Positions 46,635 to 60,189 of a DNA stretch of 64,000 nucleotides are shown piece by piece. Below the pieces are notes generated by a model. That model searched no databases, was not told where the DNA came from, and saw nothing but the letters and a program-made list of their open reading frames with translations. A program made the position numbers and the translations under genes. Source of the DNA: Macrostomum hystrix (Eukaryota > Animalia > Platyhelminthes); assembly GCA_950097015.1 (NCBI GenBank), contig CATNEN010000038.1:13082001-13146000 (forward strand), in the 5' to 3' direction. Within the stretch, counting starts at the first letter, position 1. Each line of letters starts with the position of its first letter.

Positions 46635-49590
46635 ATGAGCCCAATACATTTTAGCGACATCATCAGGCAATTAGACGGCGATGAAGATTTCCAACAGTGG
46701 GCTCAAAAACTAAAGCTTGTCGCTAAGCTGCTGACGATCACCGACCTGGCTTTCTTTCTGCCGCTCTCTTCCTAACAGGCGGTGCCTTTGCCGTCTACCA
46801 AGGCCTTGACGAGGCCAACAAAACCAACTAAAATATTCTAGGAAGATTCCCGAAGTCCTGGGGAGTCAGTTTATGTTTTTCTGTCCGACCTGACAAGTCG
46901 ACCGGCCTGGTCGACGAGATCCCGGAGACGAATGGATAAAGTGCGCGCTCATTCGCGGTCTTCCTGGCGCATTGAGTAAGCAGTTAGTTGCATCGTGCTC
47001 ATTGGAAAGAACTGAAGATCTCCGTAATTGTTGAAAAGGCGCGAAGCCTCATGATCGATCGTGATTTCTGCTGCGTCGGAGCCGAGAACGCCAAGGGCTC
47101 TGCGAGCTCTGCGAGCTAAGAGAAAGCCGTTCGACGCAACAAAGTCACTAGCTGCTACTCGTGTGACAAAAAGAGTCATCTCAGCCGGGAATGCCAGTGG
47201 CGGAAATCTTAATTACCAGACAGGGCTGCTACGTCTGCGGAAACACAGACCACGTGGGCACTCATTGCCCACAGCGTGCAAACCTACAAAAAACGAGTAA
47301 GGGAAGCCCTTAACTTCTGCGCTAACGGGATTCCCACTGGATCTGCGCACGTACCGTCGTTTATTGTTAATGTTAACGGTTAACGGGGTACTGTTGTACG
47401 TGGCCCTGGTCGATACTGGTTGCTCCAGGTCTATTGTGTCGCCAAGGACGTAACGGACTACGGTAGACGCGCATCGCGGAGAGTTACCATGATGAATGGT
47501 GATGCAGCAGAGTGCGGATGGGAGTCAGATGTACAACAGTGTTGACTGTGCACAGCAGCCACGATATCGCTTAGTTGTCTCGTTCTTGAAATTCTACCCG
47601 GTTTCGACTTGCTGCTTGGTATGAACGCTATCATGCGTTCATAATGTTAGCGGCGACAGCTGCACTGTCTTTGGTCATTCGGTGTGAAACAGGGGCCCAG
47701 AGCAGTCCCAGCGAGAGACTCGGGCTCAACAGGAGTGGTCCGGCGAGAGACTCGGCCTCAACGGCGAGTTGGTTAAACATTGATTCAGCATTGCAGGAGC
47801 ACCGTTCAGGGTTTGAGCGGAGCGACTTCCAATCCATTAAGCAGCGATAGTCGCGTTCTGATCGAAGACGTAGACGTCTCTGCTTGGTTCGGAGACGGTA
47901 AATTGGCAGTCGCATGGATCGAAGTGGCTCGGAGAAGCTACAAGATTATCTAAAATAATCTTTATTATATCGGTGGCAGTACAGAGTGCCACCGGAAGCA
48001 GCGGAAGATTACTGAGTCTGATATCAGCGAGTAGATTGCAACTGGCTGGCTTGTAACATTCGACGACGAGTGCGACGGTATAATCCCACTGATGGCCGTT
48101 GTGCAAGTCAACAAAGCGAAGGTGAGACCTAGGTAATGGACTATCGTGAGCTGAATCAGCACGTTGCTAGCCACACTGCCGATAGCGTCGTCGGCAATAC
48201 GACATACTATTTTGGAGAAAAAAATCGTGAATGGAGGCGACTGAGCGAGAATGCCAGCATCATTGACCTTCGAATGGCGTATCTACAATTGAGAGTTAAG
48301 CTCTCTCTTTGGCGTTACCAGGTGGTGGAATTCAAAGGCCGCCGCTACTGCCTAACGAGACTCGGCTTTGGCCTGAACGTAGCTGCTAGAATCATGACCG
48401 CGGTATGTAACAGAGTGCTCTCCATTAACATGTGAGTAGTGCTATAGTGCAGGAGGACGTACGTGCTGGCACCGACTCTAACATAGACGACTGTTTTGAC
48501 TGCACTGTGCGAACATGGTGTGAGTGCACTCCCTACTGCGAGCTAAACTGAGTCACCCTTTTCGGGACCGGACCCAATCAGGTCCCTCTGTCTGTCTCCC
48601 TCCCCACCGCCCATGTACTCGGGACCGAAGCCTAAGGGCCCAAGCCCCAGACTGGCTGGGGGGATGTGGGCACAGAAATATAACGGTGCGCTTCCCAAAG
48701 TTAGGAACAAAGAAGTTTAGAAAAACGGCCAACAAAGTTCTAGCGTCCGCTCAAGAGAGAAGTCTTAGTTATTTGTGCTTATAGCACGGTCAGAACAACG
48801 ACGTTATCGTGGCCAATGACAGTGTCCAGAACGAATGCGTTCTGAACCTACTATCACTCTTAAGGCTTGATGCGAAACCGCCTGAAAGTCTCATCGGAGG
48901 CCGGGTACTGGGTCTGCGCATCTTCCGCCGCGAAGACGGGGTCGCTGCTGGAAACGGGACAACGTTCTAGCTCTCGCCTCGCAGTTTTTGCGACTCGGCG
49001 CCAGCTATTCTTCTGATGCGGGCAATTAGTGGGGCATTTCCTAGTTGTGGGGTGGTTGCGAGCCGCCTGCGGAGTCGCCTGGGAAGCCAATGTGAACGAG
49101 TCCGTGATGCAAATGGCCTGCGAAATCAGCAGAATGGTTCAGAAGAGCGATCCAGTGTGCGGCGTCTGGACAGTCGACGACGCCTCAGTCTGCCGCGTCT
49201 GGTGCGACGCCAGCAGCATCGCAATTGGCGTATGCTTAGAAGTAAACGGTGTCATCGCAGAGCACGCATCATGGCTTCGCAAGCCGGACAACGCCGCCCA
49301 CATCAACCTAGCCGAACTCGAAGCGGTCATCAAGGGTCTCAAGTCTCTCAATCTAGCCATTGCTTGGTGCTCAAAGAGAGTCGAAATCATGAACAGCTCG
49401 ATCACTGATCGCCGGTGACAAGTCCGTCAGGGTCAAGGGGCTGGGCGAAGCTCTAGCGAGGAGGCGGCTGGTTTGGATCCGGGACACGACAGGAGAATGT
49501 GGCCCAGAGCTGGATGTGTCGCTGATTTCATCTTCGTCAAATAAGGCAGACGCGCTGACACGAGTACCACATCAGTGGCTGCGTTAGCGG
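46635..49590 (+). mobile_element. Decayed Ty3/gypsy-like LTR retrotransposon internal region (gag-PR-RT-RNase H)
   Basis: Zn knuckle CYVCGNTDHVGTHC (47227), protease ALVDTGC (47403), RT MDYRELN/IDLRMAYLQ/RLGFGLNVA, RNase H VWCDASS and HINLAELEAV; many stops and frameshifts; no paired LTRs identified. Confidence 0.85.
48492..48797. mobile_element. Solo LTR (306 bp) inserted in the RT region
   Basis: TG...CA ends with imperfect inverted termini (TGTTTTGAC / GTCAGAACA) and 5-bp TSD ACGAC. Confidence 0.85.
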
Positions 49591-50497
49591 CCTCAACGAT
49601 ACAAGTTCAGTTAAGGATCGGCTTCCATGTGGTCTCGTGTGCAAGACTATCTAAACCTATCGAACCTATCTAAGCGGAGAACAAAAGAAAGGAGGGAGGT
49701 TGGGGCGCGTTGGAAAACCGAAAAATTCGTAAATCAAGGAAATGTGGGGAGGTGGGTGAAGACAGAAGAAAAACACCAAAAATAAAATTTTTTACGACCT
49801 GAGAAAAAGTTGGTTTTCAAGGTCACAGGAAAAGGAGTGGGTCATTGTGAAGGGAAAGGGAGGGTGAATTATTGAGATAAATAATTAACTAATAGAATTA
49901 TTGCGATTATTAGCCCCTATTAAAGTCGCTTTAACAGCAGTACAGAAAAATGAAATACGAGTACGTGTGAGCTTTATTCTATTTTCTTTGGGTTACTCAG
50001 AAAGTCGAAATTTATTTGTGCCTGGTTCTTCATTGGATGCATACTATTTATTGTATAAATGTACGTGAATATTTTAAAAGTGAGATAAAATTTAAGAATA
50101 GTTTCTTTTAACGCGAGGTACGAACATTTAATGTCATGTCTGTTATGCAAAAATAAGTATTTTTAAAGACGCAAAGGACCAAAAAGACATATTTTTATCA
50201 TTATACAAAATATAATGAAGATTTGCACCAGAAACAGCAACTCTCATTGTCGAGTACGAGTTCATACATGTATGAGTATCATGGGGTCACGCTGAAATTA
50301 CTCTTCTACAAGTAAAATAATACTGGGCTCATAATTTTCGACCTCGAGTCTCATTTAATTTCTTGCTGTAGAGAAATAATTCAGACGGGCGTACATGTAA
50401 ATTTTGGATAAATTACCTTAGGTATTACTGCAGCGACATAAAACTCTGCAACATTGACTTCTAGGCAATAAGAAGTCCAACTCGGCAATTCCGGAGC

Positions 50498-52926
50498 TTA
50501 CATAAATGGCGGAAAGACGTTGTCTGTAAACTTGCCCACAACATTGCCACACGGATGATAGAGGCAGACAACGCATACGTTGCCAGTCGTCGTGTCAACG
50601 GCGCAACCGACGCCTAGCTTCTTAGTGGCTCGCCAAACCATCTGGCTAAAATGACCTGCAGTGTGATTCAAAATGTGATTCCAGTCAAAAAATTGCTTTT
50701 TATCTTCTGCTCCTAACTTGTACATATATTTATTCATATCATTTAACATCATCTTTACAAAACTTCTCACCTCCTCCAAGTTCTAGACCAACTCCTTCTC
50801 TGCCAAACTCAAAGCCCTTCATCTCGCCGTACCACTGCCTCGCCAGCTGCGCCGCCGGCCCCAGACCTCGTGGCAGGGGCTGTACAGGCTTCCAGTTACC
50901 AGATCGACCGGCTACGCTCTGGCCAAGACAGTGCGCTTCTGGCAAATCACATCGACGAAGGCCGCCGTTGCCATCGAAACTGGATAATAACTGCTCCGCC
51001 CAGGCCTGGGCCAGATGCTCGAGCGACTCCGAGCGATGCAGCTCGGGTGCGCCATGTCTCTCCCGCAGACTGTTGTGTGCCAGGAGCATCTCAGCAGCGA
51101 ATTGGCTCGGTTTAAAGCCGTTGCACTTGCCGTCACCCTTCTCATCCTCATCTTCGTAGACTTCTTGATGGTGGTGATGATGAATGCCAGGCACAAACTC
51201 GGATGAATCATGTACCGAAACTTCGTTAGAGAGTTGGTAGCGTGTCCCATCAGGTCGCATAAAGGTCATTGTAATGATAAGCGACTTCTCTCCATTTATA
51301 ATGCGCGTCTTCGTGGACTTTCCAATCTGAAAGGAAGGAAAACTCTCCCTATAGTAGCCAAGAGCTAAGGAGCTTAGAGTAGCTCCTAACCTAAATCTAA
51401 GCCTCTGGAGGCTTTTTATCTACAGTGCATGAATTTAGTGAGAATCTTGCATCAAATTAGCAATCGAATATATCTGTGATTTATCTGTCAAATCTATGTG
51501 CATTTTCCACCAGAATATCCAGTTTTGTACCAATTTACATCAGAATAATTACTGCAACTAAGACCAAAATAGTGACCTGCTTATCTTGCTGATCCTTTGG
51601 CTTCGGTTCAAGTCTTGAGAGGTCGCCGAACTCTTGCGAGGCCGTGAGCAACAGGTGTCCCGCAGGGTTCGAATCCTCGACCAGCGACATGTTAGAGTCT
51701 AATTTCTTTGTTGCGGCCCTCTCCACGTCTTCACCCACTGGAGTGAATATGAAACTTAGCGCATACAGATCGTGAAAGTGGCATTTGAAATTGCAATGGC
51801 ATACTCTTTAACGTAGCATAAATAAGAAAGATTACTGAGCCCCTCAGATCAAGAATTTATAGTATTAATAGTGGCATAAGTTTGAAAGCACTATAAAGTT
51901 TATTCTAATGGAGGGAGTACAGTCACGTGAACAATAGCCATCACCAAACATGGCATATGATTACTAACTCAATAAACTTTGAAATCAAGTAATTGTACGA
52001 GTAGAACATTACAGAGATTAAATAAATTTAGACTGCTCAAAAACTTGGAGAAATTCAGACTAGATATATAAAGTAAACAGGCTGAATACTAAATTTAAGC
52101 TTGACTTTTAAGATCTGTACTAACCTTTTTCTAATTAGAAAGGTCTAATAGCTTCAGAATTAAATGCCAAGTGATCGGTCCAATTGAGACGCCAACTGTT
52201 GATGTCCTCAATTGTATTTCTTATAAATGAGCATGAAAAAAAACATAAGCTTGAAAAAACGAAGCAAAAAGTGTTTTGTTCTCACTGATATCTTGGTAAC
52301 TCGGTACTTTTATCTGACCGGACAGTGGGGCCGGTATGTTGGCTACCCAACAGTTCATCATGTTGCCGGGTGGGGTGTACTGACCCACGGCAAACATTTT
52401 GCCATCAACAGCGGACACCGCCTTGCCGAAGCCTGCTTTGCGCGTGCTCTTCCATACCAGCTGCGAAAAGTGGCCTGCGATGGTTGATAATTCTTCATTA
52501 CTGGATTACGTGTATAAAATATACTTATACGCATCACGTATACGTATACGTGTTACGTGAAAATTTCACGAAAAAAGTCTCACCGCATCTGGACTGGTTC
52601 TCCACGCCATCAAAGTCGTACATCTCGATCTCAGAGTACCACTGGGCAGCAGCCTGGCTGCCTCGATATTCCCTACTGCCTAGGGCCATCTTCATGGCCA
52701 CATTCTCGCCGAAATTACCGGCCGCATTAGGGCTGTGCTTCAGGTAGCCCAAACTAGCCAGGTGTTCGGCCCACTGCTGAGCCCTCCTGGCCAGTTTAGT
52801 TGAGAATACTAACGGTGGGCAGCCGTGCAGGTCGCGATAGATGTTATGAGCCTCCAGGCATTCCTCGTTAAACTTGCGATCTACGGGGTCAGCGTCTTCG
52901 ACCTGCCGTTGAGTTTGCTGCTCCAT
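50498..52926 (-). CDS. Two-domain CAP/SCP (GAPR-1/GLIPR2-like, venom-allergen-like group 2) protein; exons 52926-52584, 52474-52286, 51737-51577, 51326-50771, 50655-50498
   Basis: LEAHNIYRDLHGCPPL, AQQWAEHL, GENVA, WYSEI, GHFSQLVW, YTPPGN; second domain LAHNSLRERHGAPEL, GHFSQMVW, YHPCGN; no signal peptide. Confidence 0.9.
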
Positions 52927-53995
52927 CCCGTCGCAGCTAATGTTACAGACTCTTGCTAGCTCTAGAAGCGAAAGCGACAAAAATAGAACGAATGACTGCA
53001 GCAGTTAAGCTCACAGCACCATGCGCTGGTCACAATTACTACTTTTTATTTAAAGAGAAATAAGCCACAGCGGGCAGAGAAAAGAAAGACGACTTAGAAA
53101 AAATGTAAAGCTTTGTGCTTGAATGCTAGTCAGCCAAGCCAGTCTCATTATTCTCGCGGGGGTTGTGGACAGCTTACAGTTCAACTTTAAGCCTTTCAAA
53201 GACTAAATGTGTATAGACAGCACATGGTGCTTCTACAGATTGCAATACCCAAACTACATGGACCACAAACAAGGGCTTGTGAAGTTAAATCTTCAATAAA
53301 AGCAAAGAGGCTAAAGAAACTTCGCATAGTGTGAATGGTCTAGTGAACTACGTTGTAGAGCCCAATTGTAGTCGAGATAGACGAAAGAGAATTAAAAAAT
53401 GACACAACGAATCTAATGAGGTCAATCGTGAACTGCTTTATTTGCTACCCCAAAAATTCGAGGAAAATATATAATAAAAAAATGCGGCAACGCTGGCTAG
53501 CAACAAGCATCATGTGCTATGTACGTAATGCCAATGAATTTGTTAAAAATGTACTCGGCACTCGCATAATGGATAATTGACTGCTGCACTAACTTCAACG
53601 ATTTGAATACCGAGCTTTTCTACTGCCGACAAACGAAATTACTACGAGTACTTTGTCCAAAAAATTCTGCCATTCGCATATTGTCAACAGTGGAACTTTC
53701 ATCGAGGTTTTACTCGAGTATAGTTGTACGCAATGTGAAGTAAATAAATACAGCCTTGCCCATTCTAACTGAGTGATGTCAATTTGTAAGGCGATGTACA
53801 CACTAGACTTCGCAGTAAAATACGCTACGCTCGTAGTAGCGGCCGTCTTTGTTCAGTCATGCATACAAATTAGTTGCACCCGCTCGATCACAATCTGCAA
53901 CCTGAGCAAAACATATTTCAGTATACATTAAATACATTATAAACGTATTTACATATTATAATATATAATTAAACTTATTTACTTAATTACAAATA

Positions 53996-55568
53996 TTGCT
54001 TTTGTCACACTATGTGGAACAGTGGACATGCAAAACGGAACGGCCCATGGAATTCTGTGACCAAGCGTTTGAATTCACATGAGAAAGTAAGCCATAGACA
54101 ACTCAAATTGTCATGCTATGTGGAACGATGAGCCAGAATAGAAGTAACCAGGTTAGATTTTATTTGCAGAATGAATAAAAACAAGCAGAAACAGAACATT
54201 TTTCTGAGTTGCATTCATATGAATCTTATTTTAAGTCTGAAATTGAAGCATCAAAGTTAAAAAATTTGAACCCCTAAAACAGATGTCGCTGCAAACACAA
54301 TCGAAACAATCGATTGCAGCGCAGCTCCCAGCCAGCGCACTTGTCAGCAGTGATTGCTTGACCAACAGCTTCAGTCGCCTCTCGTTCAAGTAGTATGAAT
54401 CTCCACTTCTCAAGTAACATTCCTTCTGGTGGAAATTGTTCATCCTCATGCAGCCATGCCGGCTTCCGCCAAACGGTTCTTGAGATTTGACTTCAACGTA
54501 GAGTTAGCAAATTCGGTCGGGTTTAGAAATGGTGAATACGGGGGTAGGATTCCTGTCGTAATTCTGTTCCGATTGTTCTCTCGGATCTCCACATTGCGAT
54601 GAAAATTTGGGCCGTCCATAAAAATTATCCAGTTTCCAGTAGGGTCCAGTTGATGGCAGCGGTCTGCTAGGTGGTCTAAAAATTCTTGAAACCTTTGCTG
54701 CGTTTGGCACCTCTCTGGATGACAGAATGCACCAACCCGAACTCCGACGAAATTGCCATGCAAACCGTAACGTTAGAACCCCTTTGGGTTGTCACCGAGC
54801 GCTTCACTGGGTGTCCGACCTGTCCTGCGACCTCCGCGGGTCCACAAGTTAAAACCGGTCTCATCTAAGTAGACAGTGTGAACTCCTGGAGCTAAGTGGA
54901 GCATGAAGTTAGCGTATTCGCTTCTGGCGTCCATCAGGCTTTCGACTCGGTTGGTGTTTAGGCAAATATCCGTCCCCTTGGTAGCTAGTTTAACCGTAAA
55001 GAGCAAACCATCCATTGTTCGATCAATTGTTTTAAGGCTCACCTGCGGCTTGACAGGAAAGCGTCCAATCAGCTTCTCAGCCATTGACTTTAGCGTTAGA
55101 AAGGGATTTTGCTGCACCTCATGTAAAAAATCTCGCACCTCTGCGTCCATTTTGCAGCTTGCTTCCTTGCGTCCTCCACGTCCTCCAGGTTGGCAAAGCT
55201 TCCAACCTGCCAGCTTGTTCGAATGTTGACCGAATACGGTGAACAGAAGTTTTGGATACTCCAAAAAAGACTAACACATCCTTCATCGACAGTCCACGGT
55301 GCAAGGCGGCGACGATGCGCTGTCGATCACGTACAGAAATTTGGGGCGCCATTATTGCTTAACTGATCAAACGAAAGAAAATGAAAGAGTGTTGTCTCTG
55401 TGAAAAGCTAAAATCGTTCCTTCTATTCTGGCTCATCGTTCCACATAGCATGACAAATTGAGTTGTCTATGGCTTACTTTCTCGTGTGAATTCAAACGCT
55501 TGGTCACAGAATTCTATGGGCCCGTTCGTTTTGCATGTCCACTGTTCCACATAGCGCGACAAAAGCAA
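53996..55568 (-). mobile_element. IS630/Tc1-mariner DNA transposon with ~148-bp TIRs and TA TSD; frameshifted transposase
   Basis: TIRs 53996-54143 and ~55420-55568; TA at 53994-53995 and 55569-55570. Confidence 0.93.
54300..55352 (-). pseudogene. Frameshifted IS630/Tc1-like transposase (DD33E)
   Basis: [46 protein letters not shown] and [11 protein letters not shown] spread over several frames; clearly homologous to 19335-20453. Confidence 0.9.
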
Positions 55569-56399
55569 TACTTGTATAAACGGCCACTGCTTTGCTTTAG
55601 CCGTGCGAGTCGGATTGCATCAGGGTTGGTGCAGATATGCAGGAACCGCGAAATACATGTAATTAAATACATTTTTATATTAATAAAAATTCTTCAACAA
55701 AGTAACGTCAGAGAAAAAAACTATCAGCATCGTAGAGAATTCACATTGAGTTGTACTCCCTAAAGAAATACTTAAAGACGTACACATGCTTTTGGTTTTT
55801 AACTTATAATGCTCTCGAGGCTTGTAACATTAGGATCAGACTGTTTAAGTCGTTGATTTAAGTAATGAGCAAAAAAAGTAATGACTAAAAACCCCTCCAA
55901 AATGATACAATGAACCAGAAATAAGAACAAGGTGATCTATTCTTTGCAGCAATTTTTTAGGTTTCACTGTCAAGTGAAACTATCAAGTATCAAGTAACAC
56001 TGCTGAATATCTGCGTCTTTGATGTTTGTACCTCCGCACCAAAATTCCCAGCTCTTCTCCAGCCATTCCAGCTGGATGCCGGAATATAAATTTAATATTT
56101 TTAATGAAACGCAATTATAAGCACGTAAGTCTGCCAGAAAGATAATGAAAAATACTTATAAGTCCTCATTATGGTACTATAGTCAAGGCCAAATAAGTAG
56201 CTTAAAGAAAACACTTCTAAAGCTTTTTTCTATTATTTAAATAGAAGCTTTAAATATATTTGATTAATGGCTGTTCACGAATCATGCAATAATACATATT
56301 ACGAGTGTAGCTGCGAGCCTACACACACGAATGCAAACGCCTTAAACACGATTTTTTAAAAGAAGTACAGATGACACTAATAAATTAACATTATACAAT

Positions 56400-59300
56400 T
56401 CAATCCTGGTTGAAAGCGCAGAATAGTGGCTCAGGTCGCATGGGATTGAAGCCAAGCAGATCTGACTTGGGCTGTATTTTCACTACCTTGCTCACCAGCA
56501 TGCTGTAGTGCAGCGAACCATATGACCTGCTGTCAATAGACTCGTTGGCGTTGTCACCTTGAAGCCACACTGTGTGCTTTGGAACCTGCGAGTCAGTAGT
56601 TTAATTGAAGAAGTTTATTGTATCGCAGGGACAACTAATAAACCCAACTAAAACCCAAAAAGAGGGTTTTTAGTTATCCCTGTTGCATCGTTTCGAACTT
56701 TTAGTGGTCCAACAGTTTACGATATAATAGGGAGGTAATGTTGGTGTACACTTTCAGCAGCATGAAATATGCACTTACCTCGGAGGTTGCGTAAATGGAG
56801 CTGCCCATCTTTCTGTAGGTCACAGAGTCGCCACCGACGGAAGCAACGCGCTTGCAGATGAGCTCGGCATTCTTGGTGGGATTAACAGCGATTACTATAT
56901 CACCTCTGTGGGTATGAGCAGAAAAAATATGTAGATATATTAAAATCCTTTGAATTGTGGTGATCGCAGAAACGTAGAGTTTATTTGCAAAGTACGGCGG
57001 GGTTAAAGCGATCAGATAGTTAATTTGCAAAGTATGGCAAAGAGTTAAAGCGTGGAGCATTCACGCAGTGTTTGGCTGGTGACCTGCAGGGTAATGCGTC
57101 AAAAGTGACACAGCCGCGACGGTCCAGCACCACAGGCTTGAGCTGGTCTACCACGTGATGGCGCCGCATGCCAAGTCGAGCAGAAAAGTATTGAACTTGA
57201 CCTTATGCACCTTAAACTTAAATGTACCGAAGTATGGTCTATACAGCGACGGGTGGTGGCCGTCACGTCGGATGAAGATGTGCATGCAAGCGTCGGGCAT
57301 GGACGCTGCAACGCGGCCGCGTCGTGAGGTTGGAGGCGGTCGAAACGATTGCACAGGACCTCGCAAGGAACTGGTCGTAGGAGCCTGTCGCGGGCGAGGC
57401 CTGTACGCACTCGTACGGCACGGTCAGCGGCGCGCTTTAAGTTAGCTCTGCAGAGGAGACACCGATGTCCTCCTTGCGGGCCATGCGGATGTGCGCAGCG
57501 TAGAAAGCTCGCCAACCCAAGCCGGTGATGCCAGTGATGCCTTGAGCTGGCAATGAAAACGTTTCACAAGGACATGTGATCGCGGATGAAAGTCAGTGGT
57601 GTGCTAAGAAGCTCGGAAACGTTGGCCAACAGATCTGAGGTGAACTTGGAGCCTTGGTCGGACGTAATGTCACTCGAGACGCTTAAGGGGCGATCTAACT
57701 GGCGATGAAATCGACGCGCAGGAAGGGGCGGAGGTGTCGACCATCAGAAATGCCGACGGCGGCAGCAGCCCTAACATATCGACTTGGATCTGGACTAAAC
57801 GGCCGCTGAGCACCGGGATGCTGGCAGGCGGAGCGGTCACATGCCACTGGATTTTTAATGTCTGGCAGGCGATGCAGCTGCGTGCCCGCTGGCCGACGTC
57901 TCTCTTAAGGCCCGGCCACATGAATTTCTCGGACACAAGGCGCCGTGTGTTGCGGACCGACGGGTGTGCCCGGCCGTGAGTGGCGTTTAAGACGGTGCGG
58001 AGGAAATCGGCGGGTACCAGCGGACGTGGACGACCGGTCGCGGTGTCGCAGAGAACCTCCAGGCCGGGGCACAGCGTCACGCACTCTAGCTTCAGGCTGG
58101 TGTCGGCAAGCACAGGGTTGTCTGGAGTCTGGAGTGGCTGCCACGTAGTCAATGCCAGGAAGCAGCGGCTGCATGGAGGTGACGATGCAGCAGGACAGAC
58201 CGTCGGCCACAGGATTGTCCTTTCCCACTAATTGTCGGATGTCGGTGGTGAACCGGTCTGGTACCACGAAAGCACTCCGACACATGCGAGATCCCACTGC
58301 TGACGCGCCGACCGATCTGACAGCTTAGCCGTGGCCGCCACTAGAGGCTTGTGGTCGGTGTAGGCGGTGCAAAGACGAAGCAAAACGTTCCAAAACGTAG
58401 CAAAAGTGTATAGTGGCGAGATAGAGAGCGAGCAACTGACGGTCAAAAGCGCTGTACTTTCGTTCAGCGGGGTGCAGCTGCCGGCCGAAATACGCCAGCG
58501 GCCGCTCACCTCACACGTCGCGTCGACCGTTAGCGCCGTGCTCAGGATGGCGGCGTCAGCCAGAGCGCGCTTTGTACTGTTAAAGGCATCCGTCAGCTCC
58601 GACATCCTCTGAACAAAGTCTTCCTTGCTGGCCAAGGCACCGTAGATAGGGCGCAGCAGCTGAGCGGCCCGCGACACGAACCAGTGATAGAATTTCATTA
58701 TACCGGCAAACTCCGGCAGGCCCTTGACAGTCACAGGCAGCATGAACCGGATGAGTGCGTCGACCTTATCCGACCTTACCTGCAGCCGAATATCGTGTTA
58801 CGGCTGCAAGTGAACACGAAGTCTAAATCCTGGCAGACCATGTCGATCAACCCCTGGAAGATCGAAAGGCCTGCGTAGAAACTCGAGCAGTTCAAAAAGG
58901 GTGATAACGGCTGTCTTCACGATGTCGGCCTCTGCGACCGGGATTTTGGGATAGCCGCGAAATAGTTAGATTTTGGAAAGCATTTTGCACCCGGACAGCC
59001 ACGCTGAGAAGTCCTGGATGTGCGGTACCGGGTGACTGTCAGGTACTGCATCAGTGAGCCGCCGAAAATCACCACAGGGCTGCCGCTTGAGGATTTGGGC
59101 TTTCCGGTGGCAGGCGGCGTGCCCTGGCATGGACTGAAGGCCCGGTCGTTGGTTGATATTTGGAAGCTTTCTCTGTCAGCGTGGGAAACTTGACAAGCAG
59201 CTGGCTTTACGAGTCTCAAGCAACCACGACGGCCAACTGCGTAGCCATGCCAGAATCGAGCACAAGGTGAACACTTGCAGCTAGCAGGCGGCGGTTCGGC

Positions 59301-60189
59301 GCCGATCAACGGTCCGAACGCTTCAGCCAGGATGAACGACCAGGTGCAGGTCATGATGTCGAGGTCAATCGTGAGGTTCTGGCTGCATTTGGCCACGAAA
59401 AGCGGCGGGCCGGGCTGTTGCGTCCGGGTGTCGGCCCCAGAGACAAAAAATGCTCACCTTCGCTCGGGTGTCGACCAGAAAACTTTGGCCGGTGGCCACT
59501 TCGGGGATGAGCAGAAGACTGTTGCTGCCGGCCCGTTTCCCGAGCACCGGCAGGGTTGTTCACCTAGTATCTAAATTCTAAACTTCCGGTGGAAAAAACT
59601 GACAGCCCGTCTGCCTCTCTAGGCTGGTGCTGTTGCGGCTGGATGCGGCGGCCTGGACTACTGGCTGGTCCTGCGCTAGCGAGACTTTCGCCACTAACTA
59701 CTCTGCTGTGCTGGGCCTCCTCGATAAGGCGGGCGTCCTCTGATGCCCGGTGCCATGGGCGACAACCCGAAATGGAAGAAGAAGGCGGTCGCCAAGGCCT
59801 GGGCACGGCTTGCCCAGAAACACTAAAGCCCTTTCGAGCACAAAAACTCGTTGAAAAAGACAACACGCAAATTGGTTTATGAACAAATTAAGAATGCAAT
59901 ATGCGGCACTTAATAGCCAGATAAATACTAACTTTGCAATCTGTTTGTTCATGACAGGCGCAACTTTTGTGTAGACAATTGACTTGTCGGGTATTGTGGG
60001 CTCCATGCTGACACCTTCCACAGTATAGGCTGGGTACATGGGCAGAATGTGTACGAATGCATAGGCGCCAGCGACGGCTGCCGCTATGCAGGCCCAACCA
60101 GTGTGCTGGCTGAAAAACTTATAACCAGCTGATGCAGTAGCGCAGCCGTGCATTTTTGCCAACAGGCTGAAATAGCAATTTGAAGGCAT
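56400..60189 (-). CDS. IMMP1L: Mitochondrial inner membrane protease subunit 1-like (peptidase S26); exons 60189-59933, 56905-56779, 56585-56400
   Basis: Catalytic Ser in GVSMEPT, GDIVI, catalytic Lys in ICKRV, VWLQGDN...SIDSRSYG; junctions are phase-compatible. Confidence 0.85.
57070..59800 (-). mobile_element. Decayed Ty3/gypsy retrotransposon (CsRN1/Kabuki-like) in IMMP1L intron 1
   Basis: Protease FLVDT, RT PVPHIQDF/KTAVIT, RNase H YTDHKPLV and GKDNPVADGLS, integrase HHCC (HGRAHP...CIAC) and TSDQGSKFTS; clade assignment is inference. Confidence 0.88.
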
